Below are positions 40,055-49,711 of a stretch of 64,000 nt of DNA, piece after piece. The notes beneath the pieces were generated by a model that worked only from the letters and a program-made list of their open reading frames with translations, did not search any database and had not been told where the DNA came from. A program made the translations under genes and the position numbers. The stretch is from an uncultured Acidobacteriota bacterium (GTDB taxonomy: Bacteria; Acidobacteriota; Vicinamibacteria; Fen-336), in assembly GCA_963847655.1 (NCBI GenBank), contig CAWKAS010000005.1:364319-428318 (forward strand), written 5' to 3'. Numbering within the stretch: position 1 is the first letter of the stretch; each line of letters opens with the position of its first letter.

Positions 40055-41209
40055 ATGATCGAGAGAGCACTGACCGGAGACCGCCGATACTGGGGCTGGA
40101 TCGTCGCCCTCGCCGCCGTCATCACCGTGGGGTCGCTGTTCTACCTCCGCCAGCTCACCGTGGGCCTCGCCATCACCGGCCTGAGCCGGGGCGTGACCTG
40201 GGGCTTCTACATCGCCCAGTTCACCTTCATGGTCGGGGTCGCCGCCTCGGCGGTGATGGTGGTCCTGCCCTACTACCTCCACGACTTCAAGGTGTTCGGA
40301 AGGATCGCCATCCTGGGCGAGTTCCTCGCCATCGGCTCGGTGGTGATGTGCGTGCTCTTCATCATGGTGGACCTGGGACAGCCGGCCCGTGCCTTCAACA
40401 TGCTCCTCCACCCCAGCCCCAGGTCCATCCTGTTCTGGGACGGCATCGTCCTTTCGGGCTACCTGCTCCTGAACGCGCTCATCGCCCACCAGACCCTGAA
40501 GGCGGAGGACCAGGGGACCTCCGTTCCCGGCTGGGTCAAGCCCGTCATCTACCTGTCGATTCCCTGGGCCATCAGCATCCACACCGTGACCGCCTTCATC
40601 TACCAGGGCCTGGCCGCCCGGCCGTATTGGATGACCGCCATCCTGGCCCCCCGTTTCCTGGCCTCTGCCTTCGCCTCGGGGCCGGCGCTGCTCATCCTCA
40701 TCTGCCTCGCCCTCAGGCGGCTGACGCGCTTCGATCCCGGCCGGGAAGCCGTCCAGAAGCTGGCCACCATCGTGACCTACGCGATGCTGGCCAACCTGTT
40801 CTTCGTCCTGATGGAGGTGTTCACCGCCCTCTACAGCGGGATCCCCGAGCACATGGCGCACTTCCAGTACCTGTTCCTGGGTCTGGACGGTCACGCCGAG
40901 TTGGTCCCGTGGATGTGGGCGGGTCTGGCCCTCGCCGTGGCGGCCCTGGCGATCCTGCTCCGGCCCTCGGTGCGGAGCCGGACGGGCTGGCTGACGGCGG
41001 CCTGCGTGGCCGTGGTGGTCTCGGTCTGGATCGAGAAGGGCCTGGGGATGATCGTCGCCGGGTTCAACCCCTCGCCTCTCGGCCACGTGACGCGGTACGT
41101 TCCCACGGCTCCCGAGGTCCTCATCGGCCTCGGGGTGTACGGCATCGGGGCCCTCATCATCACGGTCCTCTACAAGACGGCGCTCTCCGTGCGGGGCGAG
41201 GTGGCCTGA
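40055..41209 (+). CDS. dsrP: DsrP (NrfD family)
   Basis: WGFYIAQFTF, DLGQP, SIHTVTAF, APRFLASAF. Confidence 0.95.
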   Translation: MIERALTGDRRYWGWIVALAAVITVGSLFYLRQLTVGLAITGLSRGVTWGFYIAQFTFMVGVAASAVMVVLPYYLHDFKVFGRIAILGEFLAIGSVVMCVLFIMVDLGQPARAFNMLLHPSPRSILFWDGIVLSGYLLLNALIAHQTLKAEDQGTSVPGWVKPVIYLSIPWAISIHTVTAFIYQGLAARPYWMTAILAPRFLASAFASGPALLILICLALRRLTRFDPGREAVQKLATIVTYAMLANLFFVLMEVFTALYSGIPEHMAHFQYLFLGLDGHAELVPWMWAGLALAVAALAILLRPSVRSRTGWLTAACVAVVVSVWIEKGLGMIVAGFNPSPLGHVTRYVPTAPEVLIGLGVYGIGALIITVLYKTALSVRGEVA

Positions 41210-41221
41210 GGGGGGCATGCC

Positions 41222-42943
41222 GTGGCCCCGAGCGACCGGTCGGTCGTGGTGGTGGGCGCCTCGGCGGCCGGCCTGCGGTGCGCCTGCCGCCTCGCCCGGC
41301 TGAAGCCCGGATGGCAGGTGGGCGTCGTCGAGGCCAACCCGATCTTCTCCTACGCGGCTTGCGGCCTCCCCTACGTCCTCTCCGGGGACATCAGCGACCC
41401 GGATGCCCTCCGCCAGACGTCGTATCGGGCGGTGCGGGACGCCCGCTTCTTTGCCGAGGAGAAGGGGGTCACCGTCCTGGCCGGCTGGCGAGCCACCGAG
41501 GTCCGGCTGGCCGAAGGGCTCCTGAAGGTCGAGAGCCCGGAGGGCGAGCGCCAGCTACGGTGGGACGATCTGGTCCTGGCCACCGGGGCCCGACCGCGTC
41601 GGCTGCCGGGTCAGCCGGCCCATCCCCGGGTGCGAAGCTTCCATCGGTGGGACGACCTGCATCCCCTCCTCCAGGGGCTGCGCCGGGGTGAGATCGGGCG
41701 CGTGGCCGTGGTCGGGGCGGGCCTCGTCGGCTGTGAGCTGGCCGAGGCCTTCGGGGGCCTGTGGGGCGCGGAGGTGGTCCTCGTGGAAGCGGCGACCACT
41801 CCCCTGCCGGAGCTCCTCGACCCGGAGGTCGGAGCCTGCGTCGCCCGCCAGCTGGAGTCGAGCGGCATCGAGCTCCGCCTGGGATCACCGGTTCGGAAGC
41901 TGGAGGCCACCGACGCCGGTGTCAGTCTGCTCCTCGACTCGGGGAGGCTCACCGCGGACGTCGCCGTCGTGGCCATCGGGGTGGAGCCGGAGGTCGAGCT
42001 GGCGCGCGGCGTGGGGGCCCGGATCGGGCCCACCGGCGCGATCGCCGTCGACGAGCGTCTGGCCACCAGCCTGCCCCACGTCTGGGCCGCCGGTGACTGC
42101 GTCGAGGTGCGGGACGCGGTGACCGGGGGACCGGTGTTCCGTCCCCTCGGCTCGCTCGCCAACCGGCAGGGCCGCACGCTGGCCAACATCCTCGCCGGCC
42201 GGCGGGACGCCTTCCCCCCCGCGGCGGGGGCGGCGGCGGTCAAGGTCTTCGACTTCGGCGTCGCCGCCACCGGGTGCACCGAGACCCGCGCCCGGGAGCG
42301 GGGCATCGCCGTCCGCTCGGTCTGGATCACCGCCGACGACTGCGCGCACTACTGGCCCCAGGCGCAGAGGATCCACCTCAAGCTGGTCTACGAGCGCGGC
42401 TCCCAGCGGGTGGTGGGCGTGCAGGCGGTCGGAGAGGGCGAGGTGGTCAAGCGCGTCGACGTGGCCACCCAGCTGGTGGTCCGGGGGGCCACGGTGGCCG
42501 AGCTGGCGCAGGTGGAGCACGCCTACGCCCCGCCCTACGCCCCGGCGGTCGAGCCCCTCGCGGTGGCGGCCTGTGCGGCCCAGAACCAGGAGGACGGTGT
42601 CGAGGCCGAGACTCCCACTCGCCCGCTCGGAGACGTCGTCGACGTCCGTCTCCTCGAAGAGCGGGAACGCCGCCCGGCAGACGCGTCGCACGTCGAGGAG
42701 ATCTCGGTGGTGGAGCTCCGGGACGGTCAGCAGGCTCGCCCCTCTGGGCTGGTGGTGTGTGAGCGTGGGACCCGCTCATCGGAGGCCGCGCGGCTCCTGC
42801 TGGAGCGGGGGGCGGCCCACTACCTCGGCGGCGGGCTGCAGTGGCGGGATGCGGCCCTGGCCGCAGAGTCCAAGGACACGCGCGCGGTGCCCTCCAAGGC
42901 CGAGGGCGCCCCGCCAGAGCCCGCTACCCGCGACCGGCGCTGA
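41222..42943 (+). CDS. CoA-disulfide/persulfide reductase with C-terminal rhodanese domain (Npsr-like)
   Basis: SYAACGLPY, GAGLVG, AAGDC, YAPPY, rhodanese VVCERGTRS..LGGG. Confidence 0.85.
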   Translation: MAPSDRSVVVVGASAAGLRCACRLARLKPGWQVGVVEANPIFSYAACGLPYVLSGDISDPDALRQTSYRAVRDARFFAEEKGVTVLAGWRATEVRLAEGLLKVESPEGERQLRWDDLVLATGARPRRLPGQPAHPRVRSFHRWDDLHPLLQGLRRGEIGRVAVVGAGLVGCELAEAFGGLWGAEVVLVEAATTPLPELLDPEVGACVARQLESSGIELRLGSPVRKLEATDAGVSLLLDSGRLTADVAVVAIGVEPEVELARGVGARIGPTGAIAVDERLATSLPHVWAAGDCVEVRDAVTGGPVFRPLGSLANRQGRTLANILAGRRDAFPPAAGAAAVKVFDFGVAATGCTETRARERGIAVRSVWITADDCAHYWPQAQRIHLKLVYERGSQRVVGVQAVGEGEVVKRVDVATQLVVRGATVAELAQVEHAYAPPYAPAVEPLAVAACAAQNQEDGVEAETPTRPLGDVVDVRLLEERERRPADASHVEEISVVELRDGQQARPSGLVVCERGTRSSEAARLLLERGAAHYLGGGLQWRDAALAAESKDTRAVPSKAEGAPPEPATRDRR

Positions 42944-43088
42944 TCCCCTCCTCCCGTGGGCCCGCACCTCCCTCCCGGCGGGAGAGGCGGGGACCCCCGA
43001 GGTCGTGTAAGCTCGGCCGGTACCGACTGTGTCCGGCTCGCGCCCCGGGTCCCGTCCGGCCGCGAGGCGCACTTCCGAGGAGGGCCTC

Positions 43089-44885
43089 TTGTACCCGGTC
43101 ACGCTGAGTCTCGGGGGCCGTCGCTGCCTGGTCGTGGGGGGAGGGGCGGTGGCTCTCCGCAAGGTCCTCGGGCTGCTCGAGGAGGGGGCACGAGTGACGG
43201 TGGTGGCCCCCGAGGTGGTGCCCGATCTCGAGGAGCAGGCCCGCTCCGGGCGGGTGATCCTGGAGAGGCGTGACTACCGGGCCGGCGAGGCTGCCGGCTA
43301 CGCCCTGGTGCTCGCGGCCACGGACCGGGAGGAGGTGAACCGCAGGGCCTTCGACGACGCGGCGGCGGCCGGGATCTGGGTGAACGTGGCCGACGACCCC
43401 GATCTGTGCAGCTTCCACCTCCCGGCCCGCGTCCGGCGTGGGCCCCTGGAGATCGCGATTGGCTCCGGGGGAAACGCGCCCTTCGCCACCCGCCGCTTTC
43501 GGCAGCTGCTCGAGCGCCGTCTCGGCGCGGAGTGGGGCCCGTGGGCGGAGGCCGCGGCGCGGTTCCGTGACGAAGTGAGACGGCGAGACCTGTCCGTTCC
43601 CGAGAGGGAGAGGGCGTTCGACTCCTTCTTCAGCGAGACCGTCGACGGCGCGGGCCTCCGGACGCGAGTGCCTTCCGCCGAAGAGCAGGACGCCTGGATC
43701 CAGGCCGCGAGGGCCGGGACACGGGACGACGCGACGGTCGCCCGGCCCCGCCAGGTGGCGGTGCCCCGGGCCGAGGCCCCCCGCGGTTTCGTGTCTCTCG
43801 TCGGCGCGGGCCCCGGCTGCGCGGGCCTCCTCACCCTCCGCGGCCGCCAGCGCCTGCTGGCCGCCCACGACGTCGTCTACGACCGGCTGGCCGCCCCCGC
43901 CCTCCCCTGCGACCTGCCGGAGACGGTCAAGCTCCACCCCGTGGGCAAGGAGGCCGGCAACCACCCGATGCCCCAGGAGGAGATCAACGCCCTCCTGGTG
44001 CGTCTCGGGGGCCAGGGCCGTCGCGTGGTGCGCTTGAAGGGCGGGGATCCGGACGTGTTCGGGCGAGGCGGAGAGGAGGCCGAGGCCCTGGCCGCAGCCG
44101 GGGTGGCGTTCGAGATCGTTCCCGGAGTCACCTCGGGGGTCGCGGTCCCGGCCTGGATCGGCGTCCCCGTCACCCACCGGCGGGAGGCCGTCCGCCTCAC
44201 CCTGGTCACCGCCCACGAGAGCGCCAAGGGAGGCGGTCCGCAGGTGCGGTGGGACCTGATGGCGCAGGACCCGCACGCCACGATCGTGGGGTACATGGGG
44301 GTGACCGCCCTGCCCGACGTCGTCGCCGCGCTTCTCCGGAGCGGGATGGCACCCCGCACCCCGGCGGCCATGATCCAGCAGGGGACCACCGCCGCCCAGC
44401 GCTCGGTCGTCTCGACGCTCGAGAGGCTGCCCGACGCCGTCAAGGAGGCAGGCCTGGGCCCGCCGGGTCTCTTCGTCATCGGCCCCACGGTCGAGCACGC
44501 CGTGCGGCTCGACTGGGTCGGCCGGCTGCCCCTCCGGGAGGAGCGGCTCCTCGTCCCCGATTCCGCCCCGGACGTGGTGGAGGCGCTCGAGACCGCGGGA
44601 GCAGAGGTGGTGGCCGTACCCCGCCCCCTCACAGCGGCGGCGCGTGTGGTCATGCGGGCGCTCCCCCTCACCGGCTGCCTCATGCGCACCCGGGCCGACG
44701 TCGAGGCGCTGGATGGGGAACGGGACGGGCTGGAGTGGCGCGAGGGGGCCGCGGTCTGGTGCCTGGGCCCGGACGTGGCGCAGCGCGCCCGGACCCGACG
44801 GTGGCCCGGGGTGCGGGAGATCGAGGCCGGCTCGGTCGGCCGGGGGCTCGTGGAGCGGATCCGTGCGCGGACGAGCGACGTCTAG
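43089..44885 (+). CDS. cysG: siroheme synthase with degenerate HemD-like tail
   Basis: LYPV..LVVGGGAVA, VNVADD, VGAGPG, RLKGGDP, VPGVTS; TTG start after GAGGAGG (alternative GTG 43029). Confidence 0.9.
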   Translation: MYPVTLSLGGRRCLVVGGGAVALRKVLGLLEEGARVTVVAPEVVPDLEEQARSGRVILERRDYRAGEAAGYALVLAATDREEVNRRAFDDAAAAGIWVNVADDPDLCSFHLPARVRRGPLEIAIGSGGNAPFATRRFRQLLERRLGAEWGPWAEAAARFRDEVRRRDLSVPERERAFDSFFSETVDGAGLRTRVPSAEEQDAWIQAARAGTRDDATVARPRQVAVPRAEAPRGFVSLVGAGPGCAGLLTLRGRQRLLAAHDVVYDRLAAPALPCDLPETVKLHPVGKEAGNHPMPQEEINALLVRLGGQGRRVVRLKGGDPDVFGRGGEEAEALAAAGVAFEIVPGVTSGVAVPAWIGVPVTHRREAVRLTLVTAHESAKGGGPQVRWDLMAQDPHATIVGYMGVTALPDVVAALLRSGMAPRTPAAMIQQGTTAAQRSVVSTLERLPDAVKEAGLGPPGLFVIGPTVEHAVRLDWVGRLPLREERLLVPDSAPDVVEALETAGAEVVAVPRPLTAAARVVMRALPLTGCLMRTRADVEALDGERDGLEWREGAAVWCLGPDVAQRARTRRWPGVREIEAGSVGRGLVERIRARTSDV

Positions 44886-45771
44886 CCTGCTGGCGTTGCT
44901 GGCCCTGGCCCTGGCCCTGGTCCTGCCGCTCCCGCTTCTCGCCGGAGGCCAGGCCCCCGGCGAGAAGCCTCTCCGGCTCGGCGTCGTCACCTTCTACAGC
45001 CCGCGGCTCATGTTCGTGAAGTACCAGCCCCTGGTGGACTACCTCAGCGCGCGGACCGGGCGACGCTGGGCCCTGAACGTGAGCTCCTCCTACGAGACCA
45101 CCGTCGACGATCTGTGCTCGGGGCGAGTGACGCTCGCCTACCTCGGTCCCCTGAGCTACCTCAGGGCGCACGCCCGGTGCGGGGCGGAGCCCATTCTGCG
45201 CCTCCAGACGCGCGGAAGCGCCGTGTTCCACAGCGACATCCTGGTGCGCTCGGACAGCCCCTTCGAGCGACTCGAGGACCTCAGGGGACACCGCGTCGGC
45301 TTCGGCGATCCCCTGTCGACGTCGTCGCATCTCCTGCCCAGGGCTCTGCTCCAGGACGCGGGACTCGAGGCGGGACGCGATTTCGCGTGTCGCTACTTCG
45401 GGCAGCACGAGCGCGCCGCCCGCGCCGTCCTGATGGGGGAGGTCGAGGCCTGTGGGGTCCGCGACCTCATCGGCGAGCTCTTTCTCCGGCGCGGGTTGCG
45501 ACGCCTCGCCCGCTCCGGCCCCGTCCCCGCCTATCCGCTGGTCGTCTCGCCCGGCACCCCGTCGGAGCTTCGTGAGAGCCTCACCTCCTTCCTCCTCGGT
45601 TTCCCCGGCAGCGCCCGCCCGGCTCTCGGCGACGAGCGCTGGGACCTGGAGCTGACCGGGGGCTTCGCCGCCGCCGTCGACTCGGACTACGACCCCGTGC
45701 GTCGGATCGCGGAGCGGGTCTTCGGACCCGACTTCCCCAGCCGGCCCGAGGGAGAGCTGCGTTGTCACTGA
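44863..45771 (+). CDS. PhnD/PtxB-like periplasmic oxyanion-binding protein (no ABC partners)
   Basis: Signal peptide, YQPLVDYL, YLGPLSY, FGDPLSTSSHL, H..AVL.G. Confidence 0.85.
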   Translation: MRGRATSSLLALLALALALVLPLPLLAGGQAPGEKPLRLGVVTFYSPRLMFVKYQPLVDYLSARTGRRWALNVSSSYETTVDDLCSGRVTLAYLGPLSYLRAHARCGAEPILRLQTRGSAVFHSDILVRSDSPFERLEDLRGHRVGFGDPLSTSSHLLPRALLQDAGLEAGRDFACRYFGQHERAARAVLMGEVEACGVRDLIGELFLRRGLRRLARSGPVPAYPLVVSPGTPSELRESLTSFLLGFPGSARPALGDERWDLELTGGFAAAVDSDYDPVRRIAERVFGPDFPSRPEGELRCH

Positions 45772-47249
45772 GGTCGAGGCTGGGCCTCCCGCGCCTCGGC
45801 TTGAGGCCGAAGATCTTCCTCTTCACCAACGTGGCCATCTCCGCCACCCTGGGCCTGGTCACGGTGCTGGGCGCCGCCAACGAGCGTCGCCACCAGTACG
45901 AGGGCCTCGAGCAGCGCGCGCGCAGCGTGGCCGCGGCGCTGGCCGTCCCCATCACCGACGCCCTCATGAACGAGGACCTCGGGATCGTCCCCGACACTGG
46001 TCTCACCGACACCTACATCTCCGAGATCCTGGCCAGCAACCGCGACTCGATGCTGTACGTCATCGTGACGGACGCCGCCGGCACGGTGACGCACTCCAAC
46101 CTCTGGTCGCGGGTCGGGCGCCCCTTCGAGCGAGCCCTCGACCGGTCGTCGGTCGCGGCCCCTCCGGCCCCGGAGATCCGGACGGCCGACGACGGCGAGC
46201 GCGTGATGGAGGTGCGGGAGCCACTCCACATCTCGACGCGATTCTGGGGCTCGCTCGCGGTGGGCTTCTCCGTGGAGCCGGTGGAGCGCCGCATCGAGGT
46301 CATCGTCTCCCGTCTGGTGGTGATCGCGCTGCTGGTCATCGCCGCCAACTCCGTGATCAGCGCGATCTCGATGGAGTGGCTGATCCGGCCCATCCTCAAC
46401 CTGCACCAGGTCATGCAGCGCGCGGGGCGCGGCGATCTCACCGCCCGCGCTGGCGCCGAGCGTCACGACGAGATCGGGGAGCTCGCCCGGGCCTTCAACG
46501 GCATGATGGACGAGCTGGAGGAGAGCCGCGAGCGCGAGAAGGTGCGTCGGGCGCAGCTCGCTCACACGGAGAAGATGGCGGCGGTCGGAACCCTCGCCGC
46601 CGGGGTGGCCCACGAGGTGAACAACCCCGTGGCCGGAGTCCTCACCTGCATCGAGAACATGCGTGCCGACCCCGAGAACCGGGAGATGCGGGATCGCTAC
46701 CTCGAGCTCATCCACGACGGGCTGAAGCGCATCGAGAAGACCGTCGCAAACCTGCTCGACTTCTCGAGGCCACGCTCCATGCGGCTGGGGCCGACCTCGC
46801 TCAACCAGAGCCTCACCCAGGTCCTCGAGCTCGTACGTTTCCAGCTCCGCAAGGGCGGCGTGCAGACGCGCTTCGAGCTCGATCCCCGGGACCCCTGGAT
46901 CGCCGGTGACCGCTTCCAGATCGAGCAGCTCTTCCTGAACCTCGTGCTCAACGCCCTCCAGGCCATGCCGGAGGGAGGTACGTTGACCCTGCGAACGCGG
47001 CGACAGGGTGCCTGGGAGCTGGTCGAGGTCGGCGACACCGGCACCGGCATCCCCGAGGCCATTCGCGAGCGGATATTCGACCCCTTCTTCACGACCCGCG
47101 AGGTCGGCCAGGGCACGGGCCTGGGACTCGCCGTCAGCTACAACATCGCCGCCGCCCATGGAGGCGGGATCGAGGTGGAGACGACCGTGGGCGAAGGGTC
47201 GGTCTTTCGGATCCTCTTCCCCGCCGACGGGGACGAGGAGGAGGGGTGA
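45762..47249 (+). CDS. HAMP-domain sensor histidine kinase
   Basis: 2 TM, DEIGELARAFN, AHEVNNP, NLVLNA, DTGTGI, GTGLGL. Confidence 0.93.
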   Translation: MSLRSRLGLPRLGLRPKIFLFTNVAISATLGLVTVLGAANERRHQYEGLEQRARSVAAALAVPITDALMNEDLGIVPDTGLTDTYISEILASNRDSMLYVIVTDAAGTVTHSNLWSRVGRPFERALDRSSVAAPPAPEIRTADDGERVMEVREPLHISTRFWGSLAVGFSVEPVERRIEVIVSRLVVIALLVIAANSVISAISMEWLIRPILNLHQVMQRAGRGDLTARAGAERHDEIGELARAFNGMMDELEESREREKVRRAQLAHTEKMAAVGTLAAGVAHEVNNPVAGVLTCIENMRADPENREMRDRYLELIHDGLKRIEKTVANLLDFSRPRSMRLGPTSLNQSLTQVLELVRFQLRKGGVQTRFELDPRDPWIAGDRFQIEQLFLNLVLNALQAMPEGGTLTLRTRRQGAWELVEVGDTGTGIPEAIRERIFDPFFTTREVGQGTGLGLAVSYNIAAAHGGGIEVETTVGEGSVFRILFPADGDEEEG

Positions 47250-48646
47250 TGGCGATCTGCGGCAACCGCCTCCTGATCGCCGAGGACGAGCCCCTGCTCC
47301 GCGTGAGCATGTCCGACGCGCTCCGGAAGGAGGGGTGGACGGTCGACGTCGCCGCCGACGGGGTCAAGGCCGCGGCCCTGTTCGAGCAGTACCTCCACGA
47401 CGTCGTCGTCAGCGACCTGGTGATGCCGTCCCTCGACGGAATGGGGCTGCTCCGTCGAGTGAAGGAGCTGCACGCCGACTCCACCGTGGTCATCATCACC
47501 GCCCACGGGTCAGTGGAGAAGGCGGTGGAGGCCATGCGCCAGGGGGCGGCGGACTTCGTCACCAAGCCCTTCTCGATGACACAGCTGCTGGTCCGCCTCG
47601 AGAGCGTGTGCTCGCGGCGACAGCTCCAGCAGGAGAACGTCCGCCTGCGGGAGCAGCTCGCGGACCGTTACTCGTTCTCCAACATCATCGGGAAGTCCCG
47701 GAAGATGCAGGAGGTGTTCTGGCTGATCCGGGAGGTGGCCCACTCCGACGCCACCGTCATGATCCAGGGAGAGAGCGGAACGGGCAAGGAGCTCGTGGCC
47801 TCCGCCATCCACTACAATTCCAGGCGCAAGGCCCGACCCTACGTCCGCGTCAGCTGTGCGTCGCTGCCCGAGTCGCTGGTCGAGTCGGAGCTGTTCGGCT
47901 ACGAGAAGGGAGCCTTCACCGGGGCCGGCCAGAGGCGCATCGGCCGCTTCGAGGCCGCCGCGGGCGGGACGCTCTTCCTCGACGAGATCGGCGACCTTCC
48001 CCTGGCCGTACAGGCCAAGCTCCTCCGCGTGCTGCAGGAGCGGCAGATCGAGCGGCTGGGATCGAACCATCCCATCGACGTCGACGTCCGCTGGGTCTCG
48101 GCGTCTCTCCGATCGCTGGAAGAGGAGGTCGCCCAGGGTCGTTTCCGCGAGGACCTCTTCTTCCGCGTCAACACGGTGCCCATCCACCTGCCGCCCCTCC
48201 GGGAGCGACGCGAGGACATCCCGCTCCTCGCGGAGGCGTTCCTGCGCGAGTTCGCCGGGGAGCGGGGCAAGGACCTCGAGGGCCTCTCCGACGCCGCCCT
48301 CGAGGTCCTCGACGGACACGGCTGGCCCGGCAACGTGCGCGAGCTCCGCAACGTCATCGAGCGGGCCGTCGTGTTCTGCCACGCCCCGCGCATCACGCCC
48401 GAACACCTGCCCCCGGGCCTCCGCGACGCGCCCGTGTCGTCTCCCTCGCCGGGGCCCCCCGGTCCGCCGGAGCCCCTTCGTCAGGCGGTGGAGCGCGCCG
48501 AAGCCGAGGCGATCCGGACCGCCCTGGCCGCCACCGACGGCCGCCGAAACGAGGCCGCCGAGATCCTCGGCATCAGCCGCAAGACCCTCTGGGAGAAGAT
48601 CAAGGCCTACGGCCTTGACGCGCCGGCATCTCCGAAGAGGGCGTAG
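47249..48646 (+). CDS. sigma54-dependent response regulator (NtrC/AtoC family)
   Basis: REC, GESGTGKE, GAFTGA, LDEIG, WPGNVREL, Fis HTH. Confidence 0.95.
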   Translation: MAICGNRLLIAEDEPLLRVSMSDALRKEGWTVDVAADGVKAAALFEQYLHDVVVSDLVMPSLDGMGLLRRVKELHADSTVVIITAHGSVEKAVEAMRQGAADFVTKPFSMTQLLVRLESVCSRRQLQQENVRLREQLADRYSFSNIIGKSRKMQEVFWLIREVAHSDATVMIQGESGTGKELVASAIHYNSRRKARPYVRVSCASLPESLVESELFGYEKGAFTGAGQRRIGRFEAAAGGTLFLDEIGDLPLAVQAKLLRVLQERQIERLGSNHPIDVDVRWVSASLRSLEEEVAQGRFREDLFFRVNTVPIHLPPLRERREDIPLLAEAFLREFAGERGKDLEGLSDAALEVLDGHGWPGNVRELRNVIERAVVFCHAPRITPEHLPPGLRDAPVSSPSPGPPGPPEPLRQAVERAEAEAIRTALAATDGRRNEAAEILGISRKTLWEKIKAYGLDAPASPKRA

Positions 48647-48842
48647 ATGCCGGCGCCGTCCGTTCTTCGTTCCTGGGCGGGGCCGACACCACATCCCGAC
48701 CCGGGCCGCAGCCCGCCGATGCCGGCAGTCCCTTCGCGCGCTCGTCCACTCTCCCAGGCCCGGCCTCGACCGCCCCGCCCACACAAGGCCCTGCTCCACC
48801 CGACCCCGCTGTGAGGCCCTCGAAGCAGCGTGGCGCGGACGT

Positions 48843-49241
48843 TCAGCGGGCGGCCGGGCTGCAGACCTGCTCGAGTGTCTTCAGGAGCTTCTCGGCGTCG
48901 ACGGGCTTCTCGAGGTACGCATCCGGGTGGTGCTTCTTGAATCGGTTCAGGAAGTTGCCGAAATCGTGCGTCAGCGTGTCCTGGATCCCGGTGACCAGCA
49001 CCACCGGCACCGCCTGGGTCGTCGGGTCCTTGCGCAGGGCGATCAGGGTGCTGAGGCCGCCGCGCTCGGGCATCATCACGTCGAGGAGCACCACGTCCGG
49101 CACCTCTTCGCGGGCCAGGGCGAGGCCCTCGTCGGCCGAGTTGGCGGTGCGCGTCTTCCACCCCTGGTCGTCCAGGAGGGTGGACAGGTAGGTCGTCTGA
49201 TCAGGCTCGTCGTCGATGACGAGCGCGCGGAGCTGGGCCAT
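48843..49241 (-). CDS. stand-alone response-regulator receiver
   Basis: VIDDE, LLDVMMP, VTG, EKP; GGAGG RBS. Confidence 0.9.
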   Translation of the reverse strand: MAQLRALVIDDEPDQTTYLSTLLDDQGWKTRTANSADEGLALAREEVPDVVLLDVMMPERGGLSTLIALRKDPTTQAVPVVLVTGIQDTLTHDFGNFLNRFKKHHPDAYLEKPVDAEKLLKTLEQVCSPAAR

Positions 49242-49312
49242 CTCGCCTCCCTGGCGATCCCGGAATCGGGCCGCCGCGTCAATGTGCGCCAAGCATAGCA
49301 CCGGGGAGCAGG

Positions 49313-49711
49313 CTATCCCGGGGTCGAGCTCACGAGCGCGGTCCCCTGCAGGATCGAGAGGAGGAGATCGCGCTCCATGGGTTTCCCGAGCACGTGGTCG
49401 GGACCCTTGACGTCTTGATGGGTTTCGAGATAGGAACGACACTCGTCTCTGAGCACGTTGTCGTCCCCGGTCACGAGAACGAGGGGGATTTCCGCCCGCC
49501 GCGGGTCGCGCCGCAGGCGGACGAGGAGATCGAGGCCCGACTTCCCCGGCAGCATGACGTCGATCAGGATGACGTCGGGGCTCGAGCGCTCCACCTGGGC
49601 CAGGGCCGAGCGCTCGTCCTGGGCCGCCACGACCTCGTAACCTTCGTCCTCGAGGAAGGAGGACAGGTACTCGACGACGTCCGGGTCGTCGTCCACCACC
49701 AGGACCCTCAT
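49313..49711 (-). CDS. stand-alone response-regulator receiver
   Basis: VVDDD, LIDVMLP, VTG, GKP; ATGA overlap with kinase. Confidence 0.9.
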   Translation of the reverse strand: MRVLVVDDDPDVVEYLSSFLEDEGYEVVAAQDERSALAQVERSSPDVILIDVMLPGKSGLDLLVRLRRDPRRAEIPLVLVTGDDNVLRDECRSYLETHQDVKGPDHVLGKPMERDLLLSILQGTALVSSTPG

